Source of the DNA: an uncultured Verrucomicrobiota bacterium
GTDB lineage: Bacteria > Verrucomicrobiota > Kiritimatiellia > JAAZAB01
Direction of reading: 5' to 3'
DNA: 64,000 nucleotides
Assembly (NCBI GenBank): GCA_964617825.1
Contig: CAZTWL010000009.1
Location: 11,011 to 75,010 of the forward strand
Part shown: in pieces, positions 56,557-64,000 of the stretch
Position numbering within the stretch: the first letter of the stretch is position 1
Layout of the letters: every line of letters starts with the position of its first letter
Notes under the pieces: model-generated
What the model saw: the letters and a program-made list of their open reading frames with translations, nothing else
Told to the model about the DNA's origin: nothing
Database searches by the model: none
Made by a program: the position numbers and the translations under genes

Positions 56557-58329
56557 TTACCGGAATCGGGCTGTCAGCTCACCCAGTGCGCTTTGATACA
56601 CGTCCCGGGGGGAGATGTTTTGCGCATGGCAGATGGAAGCTGCAGTGCCCACGACCTCGCCCATCATTCCGCATGTGCGCATGACACGAACCGGCCCTAA
56701 TGCGTCGTGAGTCACGCTGATACATCGGCCACCCATGAAGAGATTGCCGATACGCCGCGAATACAGGCATCGGTAGGGCATGAAATAGGGCGGGTTGAAA
56801 CACTCCTTCCCGTCGCTACAGATAAAAGCGTCGCCTTCGGCGTAAGCCGGGTAGTATTTGCGGTTGGGTGTGTGCAGATCAAGCCCCCATACGATGCCGA
56901 CGATGCCGTCATCGTATGGGATCGACTGCAACAGATCCTGCTTTGTCAAAACGAGGTCACCCAGCAGACGGCGGGATTCCCGTTTGCCCGAAATATGCGC
57001 AGAATATGCGATCTTGTATTGTTGAAAATCGCGATCGATATTTTTCATGGCATCCCACGCGCCGTACATGGCGCGGAAATTCGTGTCGCGGGCGTATTCC
57101 GCCTTTTGAATGGGGTGATGCTCAAAGCCCGCGCCCCAGTACCAGCAGCCGATATTTCGTGCAGCCTTCTTTTCGCCGTCCGGATTCGTGCCGCCCGCCC
57201 GCAGCCGTTCGGGGAACTCGGGTTCGGTCAGATCGATTGCCCACGGACAGCGAGGGAAGGATGTGTTCGCGCCGGTATCCTCGATTGCCCAGAAGTTGGA
57301 TAGCTCCATATGTCCGGAAGTCGTCATTTCGTAGTCCGCTCCGCTTAAATATCCCAGTGTGCCGTCGCCCGTGCAGTCCGCGAACAGCGGCGCGGCAATT
57401 CGGAGGCTGCGGCAAGAGCGGATATCCATCAGTGTCACGCTGCGGATAATGCCGCCGTCGACTTCCGCGCCGGTCACGGCAAAGCCTGTATATAAGGTGA
57501 GATTCGTTTCGCTTTGGAGGATGCGTAATTTGGCGTTGTCTTTGTAATTTTCCGCGCGGTTGGCAATCCCAAAAATATCCCGTGCCTGCTGCTCAAACTC
57601 CTGAGTAACCAAGCCCAGCTTCGAAAACGGCGCCAAGCAGAGTTTGCCGCTGAGCCAAACACGCACCTCGGAACTGTTGTTGCCTCCGTAGACTGGACGA
57701 TCATGCACGAGCGCCGTTTTCAGACCGGCGCGGGATGCGGTGACGGCGCAGGCCATCCCGGTAATGCCGCCGCCCGCAACGATCAGGTCATAAGTGCCTG
57801 TGATAGTCTGGGTTTCATCCAGCCCGTTAGCGGTACGCAGTGCTGCTAACACCGAAGGATCGCTGTCCGGTATGAAATCCAAATTGCGCGTCAGTAAAAT
57901 GCCGCCACAGCGTCCTTCAAAGCCCGTCAGATCATGCAGCGCGATCTCCGCGTCGCCCGCCATAAGCGATAAAACACCGCCGTCCTGCCAGTGCCAATCC
58001 GCGCCGTTCTCTCCGAATACAGGCTCGCAAAAACGTCCGTTGATGCGCAGGCGAAACACGCCCGGGGCGTACGCGGGCTTCCAGGGTGCGACCCAGTTGC
58101 GCGTGTATACCCATATGCGGTATTGTGCGGGCTTCTGTATCCGGATTCGGGTAGCTGCGTCGGCCACCGGAGTGCCCAGTCCGTGGGCCAGAAGATAGGG
58201 TGTGCCGCATGTGTCAATGAATTGGGAGTCGTTGAGCCATCCGCCTGTATCCTCGAACGCGGTCGGTGCAAGGTATATCCCGGTAGTATCGTTCATGTCC
58301 GTCATTGTCCTCTCGTATTTATAAACCAA
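56557..58329 (-). CDS. FAD-dependent oxidoreductase (PF12831-like, typical of CAZyme loci)
   Basis: FAD-binding motif DLIVAGGGITGMACA near residue 165. 590 aa. Confidence 0.8.
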   Translation of the reverse strand: MVYKYERTMTDMNDTTGIYLAPTAFEDTGGWLNDSQFIDTCGTPYLLAHGLGTPVADAATRIRIQKPAQYRIWVYTRNWVAPWKPAYAPGVFRLRINGRFCEPVFGENGADWHWQDGGVLSLMAGDAEIALHDLTGFEGRCGGILLTRNLDFIPDSDPSVLAALRTANGLDETQTITGTYDLIVAGGGITGMACAVTASRAGLKTALVHDRPVYGGNNSSEVRVWLSGKLCLAPFSKLGLVTQEFEQQARDIFGIANRAENYKDNAKLRILQSETNLTLYTGFAVTGAEVDGGIIRSVTLMDIRSCRSLRIAAPLFADCTGDGTLGYLSGADYEMTTSGHMELSNFWAIEDTGANTSFPRCPWAIDLTEPEFPERLRAGGTNPDGEKKAARNIGCWYWGAGFEHHPIQKAEYARDTNFRAMYGAWDAMKNIDRDFQQYKIAYSAHISGKRESRRLLGDLVLTKQDLLQSIPYDDGIVGIVWGLDLHTPNRKYYPAYAEGDAFICSDGKECFNPPYFMPYRCLYSRRIGNLFMGGRCISVTHDALGPVRVMRTCGMMGEVVGTAASICHAQNISPRDVYQSALGELTARFR

Positions 58330-58810
58330 TATATGTTCGTTGAATGGTCGTTCCTAATTGGTAAGCAATCGCTTGCCATCCGATAGGATCTCGTGTCCGT
58401 TAGAATCTTCCAAACAAGCGTGTTCATGTCGGGAAGACTGCCACATGCGGGAGGAAGCGTAAAGTCAGGAGTTGCCATCAGTTGAAGAAGTTGAAGCGTA
58501 GGCGGGTACAATCAATACCTGCCTTAGAAGGCGGTGCATCCGTTCCCGACGGAATGATGTCCCGCAACACACTCGCGGACACTCACACTGGTGGCGCACA
58601 GTAGAACGCGATACGCGCAGGCTGACGCCCAACGTTACCTACCTGACAGCAGGCACAGGGAACGATAACGTTTCGTTGCGCACCTCTTCGGCAATGCAGC
58701 AAGGCGCATCCGGTAATGCCAAAGGCTCCTGCAAATCGATTCGTGATTATGCGCCGGCACCTTTACCCTATTAAGGATTATTTGCTATTTTCAGACCTGG
58801 CATCGGACAT

Positions 58811-60994
58811 TCAATCGATGATTTTGGCATTTCTGAATGCAGCCATCAGTTTATTCTTATTTATTTTGCTGGTTTTTAAATATCGACGGTTCCCGACGGG
58901 TAATATTGCGCCAGCTCCTTTTTGGCCATCAAGAACCTGACCTTTCTGTCCCAAACTCTCCAACAATATTAAATCCCTGGATTTAAAGGGAAGTTCAAGC
59001 TTTTTATTGGCGGATATGTGCCAGTACACCACATAAAGATCGTGATGCCTTTCGAAGGTAAAAGCGATCACTTCCTTGCTCCCATTGGCAACATTCGTGA
59101 TCCGATCATAGGGAACTAATTCGAATTTATTCTTTTCGTTCAGTAAAAGGGTATACTCCTGATCGGCATCGCGCAGCATTTGTTTCTGTTTATCAGTCAG
59201 CCATTTCTTGGCCCTGACTTCTTCCCAGCGCCTGAAGACCTCGAAATTATCGGCGGTTCTCGGGTGCTGCGCCAAGATTGCAGGATCAGCATGGATCGCA
59301 ACCGGACAATCCCATGCCGCGGCCTTGCTGGTTACAAACTCCAACTGGTCCGGTTGCGTTCCGATGGTTTTTTCGCCTGGGATCCAGTAACCTAACCAGC
59401 CGAAATTAAGGCGGGTGAAATTATCCCGCATCCTGGGCGCTTCCCTAAAGGGATGATTGATCGTTTCTGCCTTGAGCTTTTCGGGCGGGAAAACATCGAA
59501 CGCATTGCCGCCTGTCAGCATATGCCAACCGAAATGGGTTTTTGCCGCTCCCTCTGCGAAGATCGGTTCCGGTTTAAGTTTGCTGAACACACGGTACTGT
59601 GCGCCGGACACATGATACCAGAAAGGAGGATTAACGCCTTCCGATCCGTCAAAATAGAAAAACTCAAATCCCGCATCCCAGAGATCGGCAATTCCGTCGG
59701 CCACTTCATCCTGGAGGTCCGAATATTGATCGATATAAACGCTCGTTGCGCCAAATTCACTTACGTCCAGCAATCCGAACATGAAACCGGCAGGCTGGGC
59801 GCCTATTGTTGTTCCGTCGATGCCACGCTCGCAGCCGAAAAACGTATAGGGCGGCGTAGCGGTGTAACCGCGATACGAAATTAACTCCGTTCCTATTTTC
59901 AACACCATCCTGTTCCGGGCCATCGTCGAGTTTCCAGGATTTTGCTCGACATGAATTGTGGTGTCATTCTTTTCGAGAGGCTCAGCCAGGGTAAATATCC
60001 GCAAGAGATTCAGCCGGTGATCGGGTGTTGGGGTAACATACTTGCTATCCCTCCCAATGTGACTATGGAGAAAATGGCAACCGGGCGTAATGCCGGCGTT
60101 TTTAATTTTGGCCAGCATCGCTTTCAGATCGGCTTTGCCGTTCGGATATTCCCGACGGTAGCCATCGTAATTTCCGATGAGCCGGTAACCCCGGCTTTCG
60201 AGAAAAGCCGGATAATAAATGTTCATGAGCCTGAATCCGCCCATCTTGGCATATTTTATATGTTCATCGACATTGGTCGGATTAACAGCGGCTGTCCAGT
60301 AATATGACGCATTGTATAGCGCATGTCTGCGGCTGGCCACGCCATGGGGCAATTTATAATCTTTTTCAACGGCGGCGATCTTGTCCAGCAGTTTGTCCGT
60401 TGCACAAGTTATTAACGCCGCGGTAACTCCCGTAAGTTTGATCTTCTCATCCACGCCGGCCTGCAAGATCCGGTAGCCCTCGCCTTCTTCCGAATCGGCA
60501 TTTGCGCACGGTTCTGCCGCAAGTACATTAACGGCCACCTTGTCATTCCACATCACATTCAACCAGTCGCCCCAATGGCCAAGGTTGCGGACGGGCAATC
60601 GCAGGAACCACATTTCGGATATGGGAGGCTCAGTCATGGCAATGCCATAATCCTCGGTCAGCGTGAATGCCTCCAAAGTAAATGCGATATAATCCGCAGT
60701 AATCTTCAGGCCGACGGTGGCTTCCCACGGAATCAGTTCATAGCCGATAATCAACTTGTCCCCTTCCCGGCGGACCGCATTGGACTTGAACGTGGTCTTT
60801 TTATTGGGATATGCCAGTTTAACCTCGTTCTGGTAGGGACGCGGCTCGGTTATGGAACTGAGGGGAACATTCTTCCGCTGTATTAAACATTCGGTATTGG
60901 TTGGCTTAAACAGCAAACTTTTGACAATCCCACCGCTGGTAATGACCAGTTTGGTCTGTTTATTCTCAATGATTACATCTTTCATCCTGCTCAT
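58811..60994 (-). CDS. large uncharacterised putative glycoside-hydrolase-like protein; low-GC paralog of the gene at 2543..5365
   Basis: ATG 60994 with a GGAG 8 nt upstream. Blocks VTPTPDHRLN..FTLAEPL and WDAGFEFFYFDGSEG are shared with the 2543 gene. GC is visibly lower (~47-50%). Confidence 0.7.
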   Translation of the reverse strand: MSRMKDVIIENKQTKLVITSGGIVKSLLFKPTNTECLIQRKNVPLSSITEPRPYQNEVKLAYPNKKTTFKSNAVRREGDKLIIGYELIPWEATVGLKITADYIAFTLEAFTLTEDYGIAMTEPPISEMWFLRLPVRNLGHWGDWLNVMWNDKVAVNVLAAEPCANADSEEGEGYRILQAGVDEKIKLTGVTAALITCATDKLLDKIAAVEKDYKLPHGVASRRHALYNASYYWTAAVNPTNVDEHIKYAKMGGFRLMNIYYPAFLESRGYRLIGNYDGYRREYPNGKADLKAMLAKIKNAGITPGCHFLHSHIGRDSKYVTPTPDHRLNLLRIFTLAEPLEKNDTTIHVEQNPGNSTMARNRMVLKIGTELISYRGYTATPPYTFFGCERGIDGTTIGAQPAGFMFGLLDVSEFGATSVYIDQYSDLQDEVADGIADLWDAGFEFFYFDGSEGVNPPFWYHVSGAQYRVFSKLKPEPIFAEGAAKTHFGWHMLTGGNAFDVFPPEKLKAETINHPFREAPRMRDNFTRLNFGWLGYWIPGEKTIGTQPDQLEFVTSKAAAWDCPVAIHADPAILAQHPRTADNFEVFRRWEEVRAKKWLTDKQKQMLRDADQEYTLLLNEKNKFELVPYDRITNVANGSKEVIAFTFERHHDLYVVYWHISANKKLELPFKSRDLILLESLGQKGQVLDGQKGAGAILPVGNRRYLKTSKINKNKLMAAFRNAKIID

Positions 60995-61311
60995 GGTTAG
61001 CTCCGGAATAAAAAAGCATTTGCAAAACAACGGCGCTTTGTTCCCGCCGTCACCGGCGCGGCTAACAAGCGCTGACTTTTCCTGGCATCGAATGCCGGGA
61101 GAAGGCACCGGTCGAGCCGAAGGCGATTTGCAACAACGCCAGCATTTCCTAATCTTCAGCGCTCAGTGACGCACCTAAATCCCATCGACCGTCACCGCCT
61201 GCCTTACGCAATAACATTGTGACGGAATGTAACAAGGTGCGCCAGAAAACGCCAGCGCAAAACCGATGGCAAACGGCAATGAGGGTTGGTCGCCAAGGGA
61301 ATAGCGCACCC

Positions 61312-63657
61312 CTATCCTATCCGGCAAGTCGCCTCAGGAAAGTTTTTGGAAACTGCCTTGAGGGTTATGCCTTCCGGCCGATTCACCTTCAGGACAAAGG
61401 AGGCGATTCCGACTTCGAAACAACGCTCCGTATCGCCAATTATCACGGCATTTTCGCCGCAGGCGGCAAGCGCGACTTTTGTCGTGTTGTCGGTCACCGG
61501 CGTGCCGTTCCGGTCAACAAGGGCAACATCGACAAAAACAACATCGTTCCGGCAGAGCGGCACGCCTTCATCCCTGACGGTTATCGCCAGGCGGACAGGT
61601 GTTCCCGGCGTGTGGATCACATGTTCGGCAGCCTTTTTTCCGCCAATGTAACCGACAGCCTTGAGTTCGCCTTTCTCCTCCGGCAGGTTGGTAAAGGTAT
61701 AGGGAGGATGCGGCAGATATTCGCAATTGCCGCCATCGTGGGTATCGATTTTCATACCATCGAGCTCCCACGGACGCAGGACGGTCTCCCAATTCGGATT
61801 GCCGGTCGTGTGATAGGAGGTGAGCTTGCCGTTATCCGGCCCGCGGCGCTTAATGAGCCTGCCGTTCAGGAAAAGCTCGATCTCGTCGCAGTTCGAGAAG
61901 ATAACGACCTTGTTCAGGATCTCCTCGCGCCGGGAGGCGATATAAACCATCGGCTCTTTGCCGTTCTGGCTCTGGAAAAAATAATATTTATATTTTGGAA
62001 CGCGGAAAAGCGATCCGTCGCCGCATTCGCATTGATTGGCGCGGAAGCCATTGTTGTAATCAAACATGCACCAGGTGCAACCGCCGATATAGCCGGGCTC
62101 GGTCGACATCTTGTTGAGGGACCACTGATAATTCCAAGCCTGACGGAGCAGTTCGTACTCCCCATCCCGACGCGAACGGCGCGAAGTGCTCTTGCCGCCG
62201 CCGAATGCCCAGTCGCCATATTCGCGGACGATCACCGCCTTGGTCTTGCAATCGAGCTTGGTGCGATTGAAGAGCACGTCCCAGCCCTCGTAGAGTCCAT
62301 AAACGTCGCCGCAGGTAAAGCATTGGTCCCCGGGATATTCGCGGTGGGCAATCCTGTGCATTTCCTCCGGCAGCCACGCGGGCGGATAGGTCTCGTTCAG
62401 GGATACTTCCCAGAGAATGATGCTCGGGCGGTTGCGTTCGTTGCGGATGAGTTCGCGACAGTCGCGGTAGACGTTGTTGATGAAGGTGGAGTTATTGCTG
62501 AAATGCTGCCAGCCGGGCACAGGCGCCATGATGCAGAGGCCGAGTTCGTCGCAGGCATCGAGAAGAGCCGGATGCTGGGTGTAATGCGCCAGACGTATGA
62601 GGTTATACCCGGCCCTTTTCATGATCATTGCGTCGCGCCGCTGCATCGCAGCGGGCGCCGCGTTACCAAGGTGGGGATAGTCCTGGTGATGGTTGGTGCC
62701 TTGGATATAAAGTTTTTCGCCGTTGATTTCGATCCCGTTTTCACGGGTAATACGGACCCGACGGATGCCATAGCGGAAAGTCTGCGACTCAACCTCGTGC
62801 TCGCCGTCGAAAAGGGTCACTTTAACCCGGTACAGGCTGGGGTGATCCGGATGCCATAGCTTCGGTGCGGGTACGTTGATCTCGCAGGCATAGGTCTGGT
62901 CACAATTCGGACGGATGCTTGTTCTGTACTCAAGGGGCGTTATCGCTGCGGTCCCATCCGGGGCAAACAGTTCTATTCTGAGTTGTACCGGATAGATTTT
63001 ATCGGCTTTCTGCGGCAGATTCCAGATCTCTTCACCCAGCACCTGGCGCAGGATATGCACCTGGCAGCCGAGTGTTGCGCTCTGGGCGCCGATCGCAAGC
63101 GTCCGCATAAAGATGCCGCCCCCGGCTTCAACATTAACCTCGAGCGGATCGGTGATATGGAGCTTCTCCTTGATCGTGAGGCGCGCCGACCGGTAGATGC
63201 CGCTGTAATAGCAAAAGTCAACGGATTCAAGCGGATTTCCCGGAGGCATGTCGTCCGTCGGCCGATTATCCAGGCGCAAGGCGATGATATTGGTCTCGCC
63301 GATCTCAAGTTTCTGGGTTAACGGAACGATAAAACGCTGGTAGCCGCCCTGGTGCGTGAAAAAATAACGGCCGTTCAGATATATTTCCGTTTTCTGCATG
63401 GCGCCATCGAGTTCGAGCCATACGATCTTGTCGGCCCACTCTTTTTCGGCAAAAACCGGGAGGCGGTACCAGCAACAGCCCTGCCAATGGTTTTGGGCAT
63501 TGCAGGTCTCGGGCTCGATATGCGCGCAATGGGGAAGGTTAATGCGTTCCCAGGAAGTGTCGTCCAATGTCGGCGACGCGGCAATTTCGGGGCGCAAGTC
63601 TTCGAATTTGAAATGCCAGCCGGCATCAAGAGTGTCTAGATCGATCTGCTTGAACAT
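61312..63657 (-). CDS. glycoside hydrolase family 2 (beta-galactosidase / beta-mannosidase-like)
   Basis: GH2 sugar-binding, Ig-like and TIM-barrel order. Motifs NLIRLAHYTQHP and ILWEVSLNE (acid/base region) are present. 781 aa. Confidence 0.85.
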   Translation of the reverse strand: MFKQIDLDTLDAGWHFKFEDLRPEIAASPTLDDTSWERINLPHCAHIEPETCNAQNHWQGCCWYRLPVFAEKEWADKIVWLELDGAMQKTEIYLNGRYFFTHQGGYQRFIVPLTQKLEIGETNIIALRLDNRPTDDMPPGNPLESVDFCYYSGIYRSARLTIKEKLHITDPLEVNVEAGGGIFMRTLAIGAQSATLGCQVHILRQVLGEEIWNLPQKADKIYPVQLRIELFAPDGTAAITPLEYRTSIRPNCDQTYACEINVPAPKLWHPDHPSLYRVKVTLFDGEHEVESQTFRYGIRRVRITRENGIEINGEKLYIQGTNHHQDYPHLGNAAPAAMQRRDAMIMKRAGYNLIRLAHYTQHPALLDACDELGLCIMAPVPGWQHFSNNSTFINNVYRDCRELIRNERNRPSIILWEVSLNETYPPAWLPEEMHRIAHREYPGDQCFTCGDVYGLYEGWDVLFNRTKLDCKTKAVIVREYGDWAFGGGKSTSRRSRRDGEYELLRQAWNYQWSLNKMSTEPGYIGGCTWCMFDYNNGFRANQCECGDGSLFRVPKYKYYFFQSQNGKEPMVYIASRREEILNKVVIFSNCDEIELFLNGRLIKRRGPDNGKLTSYHTTGNPNWETVLRPWELDGMKIDTHDGGNCEYLPHPPYTFTNLPEEKGELKAVGYIGGKKAAEHVIHTPGTPVRLAITVRDEGVPLCRNDVVFVDVALVDRNGTPVTDNTTKVALAACGENAVIIGDTERCFEVGIASFVLKVNRPEGITLKAVSKNFPEATCRIG

Positions 63658-63845
63658 TGGTTGTTTCTCCGATATTCCAAGTACGTTCCGCCAGGCTCAT
63701 CCGTCGATATGGCGGATGAATGTATCCGCGTTTGGCCGGAATAGCCAGTTGAAACAGGCGCGCAGGGTAAGCACAAGGCGTCGCCGGCTGGAATTCCGCC
63801 AGCCGGCGACGCCTGCTTTGCCGAAAACATCTCGATCGACGCGCT

Positions 63846-64000
63846 TATTTTGCGGGAAGGTCCGGGGCAATAGTTTTCAAAACCTTGACGGTTTCATCGA
63901 CGAGTTCCTGGCCGCCCTGAGGCGAGACAACATTGCAATACATGCTGGCGCTGTAGCCCCTCCCCCATGCCCCGCGCTCGGTGGCCAGATAGGATCCGCC
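63846..64000 (-). CDS. C-terminal end of an unidentified protein (5' part lies outside the window)
   Basis: The open frame on the minus strand runs to the window edge and ends ...ELVDETVKVLKTIAPDLPAK*. Confidence 0.3.

Noticed and set aside
58330-58810. Checked the 480-nt leader for RNase P, SRP, 6S or tmRNA signatures
   Set aside because: There is no match to the conserved cores (for example the RNase P GGAAAGTCCGGGCTCC or the SRP domain IV motif). It is kept only as an unexplained long leader in the low-GC finding.
1-64000. Scan for CRISPR arrays, IS elements, integrases, restriction-modification or other known defence genes
   Set aside because: There are no direct-repeat arrays with unique spacers, and no transposase, integrase, methyltransferase, nuclease or helicase genes beyond uvrB. 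The only repeat structure is the tandem protease gene duplication.

Overview
High-GC (~60%, falling to ~50% near the right end) bacterial chromosomal window with about 50 protein-coding genes and no rRNA, tRNA or CRISPR detected. Housekeeping genes: an argD-like aminotransferase 3' fragment, lysA, uvrB, nadA, a minus-strand prfB-yicC-gmk-coaC-coaB operon (prfB carries the canonical programmed +1 frameshift), proB-proA, hisI, an HU gene with a strong intrinsic terminator, dapF, larC/larB (nickel-pincer cofactor), gldA, a secreted MsrB-MsrA fusion, and lemA with a TPM-domain gene. Accessory content is dominated by secreted or envelope proteins. These include a divergent cluster of three secreted metalloproteases (an M4 thermolysin-like enzyme with FG-GAP repeats plus two tandem paralogs carrying an unusual HEMCHGLGF zincin motif), and at least eight putative glycoside-hydrolase-like genes (GH2, a DUF4838/CBM9-like protein, and several uncharacterised TIM-barrel families present as paralog pairs). 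There is also a NOX-like ferric-reductase membrane protein next to a signal-peptide rubrerythrin, a non-RD Ser/Thr kinase with a zinc ribbon, and an HTH-PTS-EIIA one-component regulator. Points worth a second look: a dnaX-type A_AAA_AAG -1 slippery heptamer in phase at the 3' end of the DUF4838/CBM9 gene, with about 140 further codons open in the -1 frame; a C-terminal domain shared between a protease paralog and an SLT-domain protein; a gene-decay patch between uvrB and nadA (GH16 and AraC remnants); a truncated SbnA-like PLP-enzyme fragment; separate overlapping coaC and coaB genes; and a low-GC paralog suggesting horizontal acquisition. No canonical defence system or mobile element was recognised.
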